A stretch of DNA of 64,000 nt from Candidatus Omnitrophica bacterium UBA6215 (GCA_002421665.1 DISH01000006.1:16827-80826), one strand, 5' to 3'. Shown: positions 27,332 to 37,977, counted from the first letter of the stretch. Program-made: numbers and translations. Notes: generated by a model not told the origin, from the sequence alone.

Positions 27332-29971
27332 TTATCTCGCGGGCCGTTTAGCGGCGGTTGAATCCGCCGAGGCGGGAACGATCATGACCTCGTTCATCTT
27401 CGATCCATGGAAATACTTTTTTACCACTCTCATGACATCATCGGCAGTCACTGCATTGATCATCCCGGGGTATTTGAAGATATCCTTGCTGCCAAGCCCG
27501 TACAATTCATCGATGGCAACTTTAAAGGCCACTGAAGAATTGACCTCCAGGCTTCTGTAATAAGAGCCAAGCAGATCGCTTTTTGCGAGCTCAAGCTCCT
27601 CCTGCGTCGGGCCTTCCATCATCAGGGACTTCAGGTCTGCGAGCACTATGTTCCTCGCATCATCGATACTGCTGGATACCGTAGCCACATATATCGCATC
27701 ATACCCGGGATCTATGCCCAGGACCGAGAAAGAGCCCAGCGTATATGAAAGGCCGAGTTTCTCGCGTATGTCCCTGTAAAGCCTGCCGCCTTCCCTGCTG
27801 AGTATCGAATTGATAACATCGAGTACATACTTATCTGTGTCTTTAACATCCACGCCCGGGTATCCTATCATCAGGACCGCCTGCTCTTTCGGCATCCGCC
27901 TTACGACTACGCGCGGGGCCAACTGTTCCTGTTCCGGGGCAACGATTATGCCGTCAAATCCCTTCTTTGCCAACCCGCCGAAAACGGAGACCAATCGTCT
28001 CTCCATCCCCGCATCGATATCTCCGAAAACGGAGATCACCATATTGCCCGAGACCGCGTATTTCCTGTAAAAACCGAAAAGGTCTTCTCTCCTTATCCGG
28101 GAAACCGCTTCTGCACTGCCAAGGTCGGGCATGCCATACGGATGTGACTGGAAGATAAGTTTTATGAGTTCTTTCGAGGCGGTCGAGAATATATCATCTT
28201 CCTGCGCCTTGATGGCCGCAAGTTGAAGCTCTTTTGCAATGGACAATTCCTTCTGGGGAAACCTCGGATTAAGCAAGATATCGCGCAGCAGCGAAACGGT
28301 GTACTTGAAGTCGGACCGCAGGCATTTCGCCGAAAGCCCGAAAGAATTCTTCCCGCTAAACCCCGACAGTTCGATACCGCGGCTCTCGGTCTCCTCCGAG
28401 ATCCTGTCGGCCGAACGCAGCCTGGTACCCTTTAGTATCATATCGGACATCAACCTCGTTATACCGTTATTGGCCTCGTCCTCGGCCCTGACCCCTCCGG
28501 CAAAAGCGATCGAGATCGAGACTACCGGAAGCGAGGGGTCCCTGTTCATTATAAGTTTCGCCCCGTTGCGCAAGGTCAGCGTCCGTATGTCAAAATCTTT
28601 CCTCCCGCCCGCTGAAGGTGCTCCCGCACAAGCTTCGGCCGAGGCCGGCACCAGCTTGACAACGGTCATATTGCTGTCGTTAAGGTAACGGTTCGCGGCG
28701 CTTAACACAGCGTCGGTATCGACTCGGTTCATGCCTTCGATATATCTCTTCGAAAAATTGCAATCCCCGGTCGAGACATATCCTGAAACGTAATCGTCCG
28801 CCTGCGCCTCTATCGATTCCTTGCCGTAAATATAGCCGCTTATCACGGATTGCTTGACCCTGGCAAGCTCCCTGCTGCCAAGGGGCGACTTCTTTACCTT
28901 ATCTATCTCGGATATTATCTCTTTCCGGGCGGCGGGGATATTGCCTTCGTCAAGCACGGCAGAGATTATAAAAATACCCGGGTCCGATGGAGTATAATTA
29001 TATGCCGAAACGGAATAAACAAGCTTCTTCTCCTTCACCAACTTCCTGTAAAGTCTTGAGCTTTCCGATTGCCCCATGACCGCCGAAAGCAGGTCCAAAG
29101 GATAGAGATCGGCGTCTGTAAGGCTCGTGCTGTGAAAGGCTATAAGCAGCCTGGAAAGCTTCAGGCCGTCCACTCCGGCTTCTTCCGACCTGCGCGATAT
29201 CTGGAGAGGTTCGGCGGGCCTTATTACCTGCGGATCGGCTTTCCTCGGCAGTTTCCCGAAGGTCTGCATGCAATACTCGAATGCCCTGGGCGCATCTATG
29301 TCGCCGACTATGGATATAACGCAATTATTCGGGACGTACCGCTGGCCATGATATTCGACAAGGTCGCTTCTCTTGAGCTGCCTGAAAAGGTCCTCGTACC
29401 CGATGACGGGATATTTATACGGATGGCGCAGGTAGGCGGTGTCCCAAAGGAGCATAGACGCCCTGCGCGAAGGATCGTCCCTGCCCATCCTTATTTCATT
29501 GAGAATAACGTCTTTTTCCTTTACGAATTCCGCTTCATTGAATGAGGTATTGAACACAAAATCGGAGAGTAATTGCAGGGCCTTATCCAGGTAAGCGCTC
29601 TCCACGGCCAGGTACACTTCCGTGGTATCATGGGAGGTAGCGGCATTTATGTAACCGCCGTAGGATTTTATCTTCTTTTCTATCTCGCCTACGGGAAGGT
29701 TTGCGGAGCCTTTGAACAACATATGCTCCACGAAATGGGATATCCCGCTCCCGGAATATTTGCCTTCCGTGGCGGAACCGGCCCTTATGACAAGCCTGAC
29801 CGCCACCATGGGTATTTTGCGTGAACTGCCCGTAATCACAGTAAGGCCGTTGTCCAGGGTCCGGGTATAGACATCATCAGGGTGATCAAACTTTATCGGA
29901 GCCTGGGGGTGTAATATAAAAACTGCTGTGGCTATAAGACACAGCAGTATGAAATAATAAACGATCCTCAT
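27332..29971 (-). CDS. two-unit M16 (pitrilysin/insulinase) zinc peptidase, PqqL-like
   Basis: 879 aa; signal peptide; inverted zinc motif HFVEH in the first M16 unit; second M16 unit lacks the motif. Confidence 0.8.
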   Translation of the reverse strand: MRIVYYFILLCLIATAVFILHPQAPIKFDHPDDVYTRTLDNGLTVITGSSRKIPMVAVRLVIRAGSATEGKYSGSGISHFVEHMLFKGSANLPVGEIEKKIKSYGGYINAATSHDTTEVYLAVESAYLDKALQLLSDFVFNTSFNEAEFVKEKDVILNEIRMGRDDPSRRASMLLWDTAYLRHPYKYPVIGYEDLFRQLKRSDLVEYHGQRYVPNNCVISIVGDIDAPRAFEYCMQTFGKLPRKADPQVIRPAEPLQISRRSEEAGVDGLKLSRLLIAFHSTSLTDADLYPLDLLSAVMGQSESSRLYRKLVKEKKLVYSVSAYNYTPSDPGIFIISAVLDEGNIPAARKEIISEIDKVKKSPLGSRELARVKQSVISGYIYGKESIEAQADDYVSGYVSTGDCNFSKRYIEGMNRVDTDAVLSAANRYLNDSNMTVVKLVPASAEACAGAPSAGGRKDFDIRTLTLRNGAKLIMNRDPSLPVVSISIAFAGGVRAEDEANNGITRLMSDMILKGTRLRSADRISEETESRGIELSGFSGKNSFGLSAKCLRSDFKYTVSLLRDILLNPRFPQKELSIAKELQLAAIKAQEDDIFSTASKELIKLIFQSHPYGMPDLGSAEAVSRIRREDLFGFYRKYAVSGNMVISVFGDIDAGMERRLVSVFGGLAKKGFDGIIVAPEQEQLAPRVVVRRMPKEQAVLMIGYPGVDVKDTDKYVLDVINSILSREGGRLYRDIREKLGLSYTLGSFSVLGIDPGYDAIYVATVSSSIDDARNIVLADLKSLMMEGPTQEELELAKSDLLGSYYRSLEVNSSVAFKVAIDELYGLGSKDIFKYPGMINAVTADDVMRVVKKYFHGSKMNEVMIVPASADSTAAKRPAR

Positions 29972-29992
29972 CGGCTAACGCTCATAAAAGAA

Positions 29993-30181
29993 TCAGAAAC
30001 TATATCTTTTTCTCTTGTTCTTGAGCGCCTCCATTTGTTTCCTCTTCTTCTTGACGCTTGGTTTTTCGTAATGCTTGCGCGCCCTTATAGCCTTAAGTAT
30101 TCCTTCTCTTTCGATCTTCTTTTTGAGCCGCCTCAATGCCTTTTCCAAAGGCTCATTTTGGCCGACTTCTACCATTGGCAT
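29993..30181 (-). CDS. rpsU: 30S ribosomal protein S21
   Basis: 62 aa; LEKALRRLKKKIEREGIL...KPSVKKKRK. Confidence 0.85.
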   Translation of the reverse strand: MPMVEVGQNEPLEKALRRLKKKIEREGILKAIRARKHYEKPSVKKKRKQMEALKNKRKRYSF

Positions 30182-30258
30182 TATATATCACACCTTTCTT
30201 TATGGTTTTCGATAGTCAATATAACAGAGAGCTGTACATTTTGTCAAGGAAAATTGCC

Positions 30259-30981
30259 TTATTGGCCCGAGAACGATATCTCGCAGGTAAAGGTTATTTC
30301 GGAAAGATTGACGTTATCCGGAAATGCCGGGAACGGGGAAGCGTCCCTGACCGCTTCAAAAGCCGCGGATCTCAGGGACCCGTCGGATGTGGAGCGCTCA
30401 TTTACTATCATTATATCTTTCAATGCCCCATCGGAGGATATCACGAAACGCACGCATACATCCCCTCCTGTCCCCGGCCTCATCGATTCCAGGTTATCTA
30501 TTATCCTGTTCCTCACGCCCTGGGAATAAGATGACGGGATAAGTTTCAAACCCTTCGATTCGACCGAAGCGGTAGCCTGTATCCGCGGGACTATCGGCTG
30601 CTTTATGATGACCCTGGATCTCGATGCAAGCGGGTCCTTCTCTTCATCCTTAACGGTATCGGACGGTTTTATCCCGGAAAGGTTCTTCTTCGGCTGCTCC
30701 GAGGGTTTCGGCCTCGCCGAAGTCTCCGGCTTCGCCTCCGAAACGATCTTCGAAGGTTTAGAGATCTCGGGCTGGGGCAAGGACCTCTTGGCCTGGACTA
30801 TTTCCGGTTTTAGGGGCTCATCGGCTTTCAGGTATGTTATCTCTATCTCGCCGGGTTTCCTTGCAGTAAAAATGTGCCTGTAGAACGGCCAGTTTATCAG
30901 CAGAAAAACATGCAGGACGGCGGAAAGCATAAGCGCCGTCCTGAATGTCCTGTCAGCGTTCTCGGAATACCTAAAATTCAC
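30259..30981 (-). CDS. tonB: energy transducer TonB
   Basis: 240 aa; N-terminal TM; Pro/Lys-rich spacer; C-terminal TonB_C domain; overlaps the stop of the TonB-dependent receptor. Confidence 0.7.
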   Translation of the reverse strand: MNFRYSENADRTFRTALMLSAVLHVFLLINWPFYRHIFTARKPGEIEITYLKADEPLKPEIVQAKRSLPQPEISKPSKIVSEAKPETSARPKPSEQPKKNLSGIKPSDTVKDEEKDPLASRSRVIIKQPIVPRIQATASVESKGLKLIPSSYSQGVRNRIIDNLESMRPGTGGDVCVRFVISSDGALKDIMIVNERSTSDGSLRSAAFEAVRDASPFPAFPDNVNLSEITFTCEISFSGQ

Positions 30982-32797
30982 ACTTTACCCCGCAATTTAT
31001 GTCGAATCCCGGCAGAGGATATCCCAATATCCTCTGATACTTCTTATTGAATATATTATCAATCGAAAGGAAAGTAGTCAAATTCTTATTGATCCTGTAC
31101 TGGGTCTCGAGGTTAGTTATGAAGTCGGCCTTTAGGACCTCGGAGTTAGAGGTATCGACATAGCGTCTTCCCAGGGATTGCCCGGAAAGCCTCACATAGA
31201 AACCCTTATATTCATAAGAAAGCCCGAGGTCGACCTTATGCTTGGGCCTGTAGATGAGGTAGCGGTCAAGGACCGTATCCATGGCATTCGTGTAGGTATA
31301 GCCGGCGTCCGCCTTCAGGTGTTTAAGCAGCGGCATGACCGCGTTGAACTCGACGCCGTCTATTTTGGCGGAATTGATGTTGGTAGGCCTCCATACCCAA
31401 TCACTGCCCGGAGCCCAGTTTATAAGGTCTTTCATCTTATTGGTATAGTATGTGCCCTTGAAACTCAAACCGTTAGGGAAATCCATGTCCATCCCGCCTT
31501 CCCAGCTCCAGGACCTCTCCGGTGAAAGCCTTGGGTTGCCCTCCGTCCACCCGTCGAAAGGCCAATAGAGTTCATTGAACGTGGGGGCCCTGAACCCCTT
31601 GGCATAGTTCGCGCGTAATTTCACGTAGTCATGGACTTTGAGCGAAACGCCGGCGTTCTGGGTCGGTTCTTTCTTAAAATTCGAATAATCATCCCATCTG
31701 GCCCCGAAGTTCAGGAAGACCTTGTCCCACAGAGCAACCTCATTCTGTACGAAAGGCGAACGCACTACATACCTGTGCTTTCCGCTGTTGGAAGCGTTCA
31801 TCTTGTTGTCTTTGCCGTCGAAACCGGCTATTATCTTATAAACATCGAAGAAGAGCTGGTCGTACTTGACCGTTATTCCTCTTACCCTCGACCACGAAGA
31901 GGTCTTGACGAGAGGGTCATAGCCCTCCTCAAACTCCAGCCTCCCGGTATTCTGGTAACCGCGCAGGCTTAAATTAGCCCCCTCGAACAGCTCGGCATCC
32001 CAACCCAAATCCATGAAATTTATGAAATTCCTCTGGTGGTCGTCGACTTGCGGGGCGAAGACCGAACCCGGGGCGCCAACCCTGCTCTGGAAATATCCGC
32101 CGTTGAAGAATATATTATTCTTTTCCGATATCTCATAATTCAGCTTGGCGTTCCAATCGTTCGACAGGTAGCCCGAATTGTCCCTGTCCCCGACTGATGA
32201 ATCATAGGCATAGAACAATCTGTAACCCAGATTATTGAAAGTCGCGGACGTGGAAAGGGATTCGTGAAAAGTCTTGAAGGTCCCGAAGCTTGATTCGATG
32301 ACCGTCTTGGGCTTCTTCGAGGGCTTCTTTGTTATCACATTAACAACACCGCCTATAGCGCTCGAGCCGTATACAGAAGAAGCCGGGCCCTTGATCACCT
32401 CGACCCGCTCTATTTCATCCGGGGAGATCTGATACAGTTCTGTCAGGCCGGTCCTTGGGTCATTGACGGGACGGGAATCCACCATGACCAGTACCTGTTC
32501 GCTCGAAGAACCTCGTATATGCAGGTCCTGTGCTGCGCCGAGCGTTCCGTAACTGGTGATAGTAACGGACGTAAGTTTGTCAAGGGGGTCCGCTATACTC
32601 TGGAGGGAAAGCAGCCTCGGCACGGAATAATCAACAACATCTATGCTCCTGGACACCTCCGAATAGGATTGGCTGGAATTTAACGGGGTTACCACTATCC
32701 TTTCGAGTTCAACACTTTCCGGTTCCTGGCATGAAACGGCAAGTACATCAACGGAGACAATGAACAAAGCAAGAACAAGCCTTGCAAACAACTTCAT
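30971..32797 (-). CDS. btuB: TonB-dependent outer-membrane receptor, probably a cobalamin/corrinoid receptor
   Basis: 608 aa; signal peptide; TonB box ERIVVTP; plug plus beta-barrel with terminal aromatic residue; preceded by a cobalamin-riboswitch-like leader. Confidence 0.75.
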   Translation of the reverse strand: MKLFARLVLALFIVSVDVLAVSCQEPESVELERIVVTPLNSSQSYSEVSRSIDVVDYSVPRLLSLQSIADPLDKLTSVTITSYGTLGAAQDLHIRGSSSEQVLVMVDSRPVNDPRTGLTELYQISPDEIERVEVIKGPASSVYGSSAIGGVVNVITKKPSKKPKTVIESSFGTFKTFHESLSTSATFNNLGYRLFYAYDSSVGDRDNSGYLSNDWNAKLNYEISEKNNIFFNGGYFQSRVGAPGSVFAPQVDDHQRNFINFMDLGWDAELFEGANLSLRGYQNTGRLEFEEGYDPLVKTSSWSRVRGITVKYDQLFFDVYKIIAGFDGKDNKMNASNSGKHRYVVRSPFVQNEVALWDKVFLNFGARWDDYSNFKKEPTQNAGVSLKVHDYVKLRANYAKGFRAPTFNELYWPFDGWTEGNPRLSPERSWSWEGGMDMDFPNGLSFKGTYYTNKMKDLINWAPGSDWVWRPTNINSAKIDGVEFNAVMPLLKHLKADAGYTYTNAMDTVLDRYLIYRPKHKVDLGLSYEYKGFYVRLSGQSLGRRYVDTSNSEVLKADFITNLETQYRINKNLTTFLSIDNIFNKKYQRILGYPLPGFDINCGVKCEF

Positions 32798-32829
32798 CTT
32801 AAACTCCTTATCGTCATAGCCTCATCCTC

Positions 32830-33025
32830 CTGAGGCAGTTTAAGAAACTCGCTCGCACACCGGCAGGTCTTCTGGCTATCCCGCCCTTCCGGCCTCCTTC
32901 CCATCCCCTTCAAGGGGGACAGTGGAACACCAGCCGGAAAGTTCTCCTTACTCAGGTCGGGACCACAGCGGCAGGTACCGCGCCTCTTCGGCTTCCCAAT
33001 TAAGCAGAGCACCTGTGTGCGGTAA
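32830..33025 (-). promoter_or_regulatory. putative cobalamin (B12) riboswitch in the btuB leader
   Basis: Minus-strand RNA contains AGGUGC...UAAUUGGGAAGCC..GCGGUACCUGCCGCUGUGG (variant B12 box) ...CCACUGUCC...GGAUGGGAAGG, then AAGGAG-N7-ATG of btuB. The fit to the consensus is imperfect. Confidence 0.5.
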
Positions 33026-33056
33026 TACCCTATTTTACTCCCGGTTCACCCTCCTA

Positions 33057-33848
33057 TCATCTCTTTAATCCCGGCGCCAACAACACGAACGGTTTACCGC
33101 TAACCGGGTTCTCCCTGATCACCACGACGGTCTTGTACACCTTTTCTATAGTCGCATAATCCAGCACATCGGACGGCGTGCCGGATGATACTATAACGCC
33201 ATCGTCCATGAGCAGAAGTCTGTCGCAATATTCCGCTGCCAGGTTAAGGTCATGAAGCACCGCTATTATCGATATCCGTTTATTTACGCTCAGGTCCTTG
33301 AGTATATCCAGCACCTGGACCTGATGCGATATATCAAGATGGGAAGTAGGTTCGTCGAGTATAATGGCCTCCGGTTCCTGGGCAAGGGCCTTGGCTATCA
33401 ATATCCTCTGACGCTCACCTGCGCTCATATTATCTATCGGGCGCGAAATTATTCCCGCACAATCGGCAGTCTCGACCGCCCTGCTAACGGCTTCGATATC
33501 CTGTCTGGACTCGGAAGCGAACATCCTCAGGTACGGGAACCTCCCCATCATTATCACCTCGAGGCCGGTAAACGGGAACACTATCGACGGGTCGGAAGAC
33601 ACAAAGGCGACCGACCGGGCAAACTCCTTAACAGGTATCGAGAATATATCCCTGAGACCCATTTTCACCGAACCGGATGAGGGCCGCAGGACCCTGCTCA
33701 TCGTCTTGAGCAGCGTTGATTTCCCTGCGCCGTTAGGACCTATTATGCCTAGGAATTCCCCTTTCCGCATTGAAAATGATATACCGTTTATTACGGTCTT
33801 GCCGGGATATCCGCTGACAAGCATGTTTATCTCGAACTGGGTCATCAT
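33057..33848 (-). CDS. btuD: ABC transporter ATP-binding protein (FecE/BtuD type)
   Basis: Walker A GPNGAGKST; signature LSAGERQR; Walker B ILDEP. Start chosen at MMTQFEIN (overlaps the btuC stop); the ORF runs to 33896. Confidence 0.8.
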   Translation of the reverse strand: MMTQFEINMLVSGYPGKTVINGISFSMRKGEFLGIIGPNGAGKSTLLKTMSRVLRPSSGSVKMGLRDIFSIPVKEFARSVAFVSSDPSIVFPFTGLEVIMMGRFPYLRMFASESRQDIEAVSRAVETADCAGIISRPIDNMSAGERQRILIAKALAQEPEAIILDEPTSHLDISHQVQVLDILKDLSVNKRISIIAVLHDLNLAAEYCDRLLLMDDGVIVSSGTPSDVLDYATIEKVYKTVVVIRENPVSGKPFVLLAPGLKR

Positions 33849-34855
33849 AATCTCGACTTCTTCCTTAGCATATGTATAAAGAACGGCGCGCCGCAAACCG
33901 CCGTAATTACACCCACGGGGACTTCCGACGGCGACATTACGGTCCTGGCCAGGGTATCACACAGGACAAGGAATATGCCGCCGGCCAAAAACGATGCCGG
34001 GATAAGCACCTTGTGGTCGTGACCCGTTGCCATCCTCATGAAATGCGGCACGATCAGGCCGAGAAAACCTATCATACCGGCCGCAGACACGCAGGCGCCT
34101 GTTATAAGGGACGCTATCAGGAAGAAAACCTTCTTCATCCTCTCTGTCTCCACGCCCGCATGTACGGCTTCTTCCTCGCCAAGGGAAAAAGCGTTAAGAT
34201 CATTGGAGAGGGCGCCCGCGGCAACCGAACCCGCCACGACTATAATTGCGACAAAAATAAGAAGACCGTTATCGAATATCTGGAGGTTGCCCAACAGCCA
34301 CCACATCACGCTGTGCAAAGTCTCCTTCTCGGAAAAAGACACTATAAAGACCACTATCGAGGAAAGGACCGCACCTACTATGACCCCGGTAAGCAAAAGG
34401 TTCTGTATGGGGACCCTCCCGTTCACCTCGGCTATCCTGTATACGACAAAAAACGTCGCGGCTGCGCCAAGGAACGCCCATAAGGGAAGTACGCTCAATC
34501 CTAAAATGGTCCAAGTCCCGCCTATGACTATGGAGACTACCGCACCCACCGAAGCCCCTCCGGATATGCCGAGGACATACGGTTCACAAAGCGGATTCCT
34601 CAAAAGACCTTGCAATATGACACCGGATACGGATATCCCCCCTCCCGCTATTATCGCAAGCGCAGTCCTGGAGAGCCTCATGTATAATATCCGGCGGGTT
34701 ATTTCGCTCAAGGGTTCCGAAAAATTTATCTTCGCCGGACCGCTCAATACGGATACAAAAACCGAGACCGCAAGTAATGCAGCAAGGGCTAAAAACACTT
34801 TTTGGGCTTTTTCTCTCTTGGAAGCCAATGCACCTTTTACATCGGTAAAGGTCAT
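33845..34855 (-). CDS. btuC: FecCD-family ABC permease (BtuC-like)
   Basis: 336 aa; about 9 TM helices; FecCD family pattern. Confidence 0.8.
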   Translation of the reverse strand: MTFTDVKGALASKREKAQKVFLALAALLAVSVFVSVLSGPAKINFSEPLSEITRRILYMRLSRTALAIIAGGGISVSGVILQGLLRNPLCEPYVLGISGGASVGAVVSIVIGGTWTILGLSVLPLWAFLGAAATFFVVYRIAEVNGRVPIQNLLLTGVIVGAVLSSIVVFIVSFSEKETLHSVMWWLLGNLQIFDNGLLIFVAIIVVAGSVAAGALSNDLNAFSLGEEEAVHAGVETERMKKVFFLIASLITGACVSAAGMIGFLGLIVPHFMRMATGHDHKVLIPASFLAGGIFLVLCDTLARTVMSPSEVPVGVITAVCGAPFFIHMLRKKSRL

Positions 34856-35670
34856 CTGCCGTAAAACCTCTTATTCAACTCCTCTATCCCTTTTATCAGG
34901 CGCGGGCCGGGCCTGAATAATATGTCGGGGTCTATGTCATCATAGACCCTCGATTCCTTTACCGCCTTTATCCCGCTCCATCCCGCCCTCTTGCGGACCG
35001 AGCCGACGGCGGAATCTCCTTTGACCATATACCCGAGGATTATGACATCAGGGTCCCTTTCGATTATCAATTCTGCGCTGAACCTTGAGTAAGGCCTCGG
35101 AGTATCCCATGCTATGTTCCTGCCGCCGGCAAGGGTTATCATCTCATTGATGAAAGAACCCCTTCCTGCCGTCATCAACGGGTCGTGCCATATCTCAAAA
35201 TAGATGCCTGGGACCGCCGACTTGGCATCTTTCTTCATGGAGCCTATGGAATCCTTCATTTCCTTGACCAGGTCAAGGGCTTCCTTTTGCTTCCCGCAAG
35301 CGCTGCCTATCCCTTCTATCGACTTGAATAACCCGTCAAAACCGGCAGGATCGACCACGATGACCTTTAGCCCTAATTTCCTCATATTCCTGACCGCCTG
35401 AGCCTGTTCAAGCCCCGTGGCAAGGACGATATCGGGTCTAAGCAGCATGATCTTCTCGATATTCGGGTCGCTGAATGAACCCACCCTTTCTTTTTCTTTG
35501 ACTTCCGGAGGATAATCGCAAAACGTAGAGACGCCCACGAGGTTATCTTCAAGGCCTATGGCGCAGGCGATCTCGGTAGTACTGGGGGTTATCGATATTA
35601 TCCTCAGCCCGTCTGCGCATGCGGGTGAACATACTAACAGGAAAGATAATAATGCCGGCAGGAGTCTCAT
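34852..35670 (-). CDS. btuF: periplasmic substrate-binding protein (BtuF-like, class III)
   Basis: 272 aa; signal peptide with Cys; RIISITPSTTEI...PDIVLA pattern of BtuF/FhuD-type binding proteins. Confidence 0.7.
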   Translation of the reverse strand: MRLLPALLSFLLVCSPACADGLRIISITPSTTEIACAIGLEDNLVGVSTFCDYPPEVKEKERVGSFSDPNIEKIMLLRPDIVLATGLEQAQAVRNMRKLGLKVIVVDPAGFDGLFKSIEGIGSACGKQKEALDLVKEMKDSIGSMKKDAKSAVPGIYFEIWHDPLMTAGRGSFINEMITLAGGRNIAWDTPRPYSRFSAELIIERDPDVIILGYMVKGDSAVGSVRKRAGWSGIKAVKESRVYDDIDPDILFRPGPRLIKGIEELNKRFYGR

Positions 35671-36407
35671 GCCAGGACTGCCGCCAGGAGCAAAGTCGAT
35701 CCTTCCAGTATCTCGCTTACAGCTCCAAGGGTATCGCCGGTCAACCCTCCGAGTCTCTTGGACAACCAGGCATTACAGATAAAAAACACCGAGCATATCA
35801 ACGGGAAAAATATGAAAATCTTAAATCCGAAGATGAGCGCCGGAATACAGGTACACAAGATCCCGGACAGGACCAGGCTCTTGCCGGGAACTTTCCCGAG
35901 TATAGACCCTCCCAACCCCCTGCCTTGCCTGGCATAGCGGTAAAAAAACCCGGAAACCGCAAATGAGCTCTTGCCTATAACCGACATCGCCACAAGCGAC
36001 AAACCCGCCGCGGCCGGGCGCAAGCTCAACATAAAAGCAAATTTAGACATGAACAATAGGATCGCGGCTGCTATACCAAGCGCGCCTGGCCTGCCTTCCC
36101 TCATTATCTCGAGCATCCGTTCCCTGTCTGCGCCGCTGGCAATAGCGTCCGCCGTATCTATGAACCCGTCCGCATGCATACCCCCGGTAATTACCACGCT
36201 CAGGACAAGCACAAGGACACAAACGGCGGGCAAAGGCAATATGCAATAAAGAAGATCATACGACAGGGCCAGGACACATCCCGTAACAAGACCAACGACC
36301 GGGAACCATACTGCGCAAGAAGCTATATCCTCATCCTGACGATCGCCGCAGGAACGCCCGGCAGGAAACACCGTCAGGAACCTGATCGCACACAATAGAC
36401 CTTTCAT
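35667..36407 (-). CDS. cobS: adenosylcobinamide-GDP ribazoletransferase (cobalamin 5'-phosphate synthase)
   Basis: 246 aa polytopic; N-terminus LLCAIRFLTVFP typical of CobS. Confidence 0.8.
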   Translation of the reverse strand: MKGLLCAIRFLTVFPAGRSCGDRQDEDIASCAVWFPVVGLVTGCVLALSYDLLYCILPLPAVCVLVLVLSVVITGGMHADGFIDTADAIASGADRERMLEIMREGRPGALGIAAAILLFMSKFAFMLSLRPAAAGLSLVAMSVIGKSSFAVSGFFYRYARQGRGLGGSILGKVPGKSLVLSGILCTCIPALIFGFKIFIFFPLICSVFFICNAWLSKRLGGLTGDTLGAVSEILEGSTLLLAAVLA

Positions 36408-37498
36408 TTATTCTCAGATACCCCCGCTTCCCCAAAAGTAGCCATGCCATTCATGAGTTTCACCGCAGCTTCCGCGACGCCGATACCCAACGCGGACCCG
36501 GTACCCTCTCCCAGCCTCATATCAAGGTTCAGGAGCGGACGCTTCCCCATATGCCTTATGACAGCCGCATGACCGGCCTCCACAGATTGGTGCGACAGTA
36601 TAAGGTAATCGCCGGCATTTCGGCAAAGCTCGCAGGCCAGCATGGCGCCGCATGAAGATATGAAACCGTCGACAACCACAGGTACCTTTTTTGAGGCTGC
36701 CGCCAGGATTATGCCGATCATACCTCCGATCTCAAAACCCCCGACCTTTGAAAGGACATCTATCGGGTCATTTGGATCCGGCCTGTTAAGCGACAAAGAT
36801 CTCCTTATGACCTCCACTTTCCTGATGTACGATGCATCGTCGAGGCCGGTCCCCCTCCCCGTAACAAGCCCGGCGTCAAGACTGGTAACGGCGGAAGTGA
36901 TGGCGCTGGAAGAGGCGGTATTACCTATGCCCATCTCCCCGACCCCGGCTATATCCACTTTTCCGGAACCATAAACCTGCTCAAAAACATCTATCCCCGC
37001 CGCTATGGACATATAAGCCTGGGACACGCTCATAGCAGGTCCTTTAGCGAAATTCCCGGTCCCCCGCGCCACTTTCTTGTCGATAAAAGACTCCTTTTTA
37101 TGGGATATATCCCCTTTCACCCCCATGTCCACAACGATGACTTCGGACCCGGTATGGGAAGCTAAAACGTTTATTGCCGCGCCTCCCGCCAGGAAATTGC
37201 AAACCATCTGCACCGTAACCTCCTGGGGATAAGCGCTTACACCCTCTTCGCATATCCCATGGTCGGCAGCAAGAATAAATATCACTTTTCTCGAAAAACC
37301 CTTCTTCTTCCCGCCTGAAACCGCATAGATAAGCGCAGCCACCTCTTCAAGACGACCAAGGCTTCCTTTCGGTTTCGTAAGCTTGTCAAGGCGGGCATAT
37401 CCTTCCTTAAGGCCGGAGGGATCGACCGGAACGACGGAAGATACAGTCCTATCGACTTTTACTTTATGTAAAGAGGTATCCCCGAGACCAACAGGCAT
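36404..37498 (-). CDS. cobT: nicotinate-nucleotide--dimethylbenzimidazole phosphoribosyltransferase
   Basis: 364 aa; KPKGSLGRLEE and ADHG...GGAAIN CobT motifs. Confidence 0.85.
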   Translation of the reverse strand: MPVGLGDTSLHKVKVDRTVSSVVPVDPSGLKEGYARLDKLTKPKGSLGRLEEVAALIYAVSGGKKKGFSRKVIFILAADHGICEEGVSAYPQEVTVQMVCNFLAGGAAINVLASHTGSEVIVVDMGVKGDISHKKESFIDKKVARGTGNFAKGPAMSVSQAYMSIAAGIDVFEQVYGSGKVDIAGVGEMGIGNTASSSAITSAVTSLDAGLVTGRGTGLDDASYIRKVEVIRRSLSLNRPDPNDPIDVLSKVGGFEIGGMIGIILAAASKKVPVVVDGFISSCGAMLACELCRNAGDYLILSHQSVEAGHAAVIRHMGKRPLLNLDMRLGEGTGSALGIGVAEAAVKLMNGMATFGEAGVSENK

Positions 37499-37977
37499 AC
37501 TTTGTCCGCCTCCTTGGCTATTATAGAATTCACTATCCCTTGCGTATCCCTGAACCTCCTGCCCAAAGGATTATCCGGGACGATCCCCAAGCCTACTTCA
37601 TTCGTTACTATGACTGAAAATGCGGAATTGCCCCTTAACAAGGACATGATACGCCTGATCTCGGAACATATCGCCGGATCGCCGAGACCTTCACGTATCA
37701 GGTTCGATATCAGCATGGTAATGCAATCTATTATGACGGTCTTCCTGCCTTGAGGAAGGCGCTTTACGGCCTTGCTTACGGAAAGGGGCTCTTCGACAAC
37801 AGACCAGTTCCTGGGGCGGGATCTCCTGTGGGTCTTGATCCTCTTTCTCATCTCGGGATCAAGGGCTTCGGCTGTGGCTATATAGAAAACCTTGTTTCCG
37901 GTATTCGCCGCTATTGACTGCGCATACCTTGATTTTCCTGACCTGACTCCTCCGGTCAGAAGAATTATCTCAGACAT
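37459..37977 (-). CDS. cobU: adenosylcobinamide kinase / adenosylcobinamide-phosphate guanylyltransferase
   Basis: 172 aa; P-loop GGVRSGKS; CobU/CobP family. Confidence 0.85.
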   Translation of the reverse strand: MSEIILLTGGVRSGKSRYAQSIAANTGNKVFYIATAEALDPEMRKRIKTHRRSRPRNWSVVEEPLSVSKAVKRLPQGRKTVIIDCITMLISNLIREGLGDPAICSEIRRIMSLLRGNSAFSVIVTNEVGLGIVPDNPLGRRFRDTQGIVNSIIAKEADKVCLLVSGIPLYIK

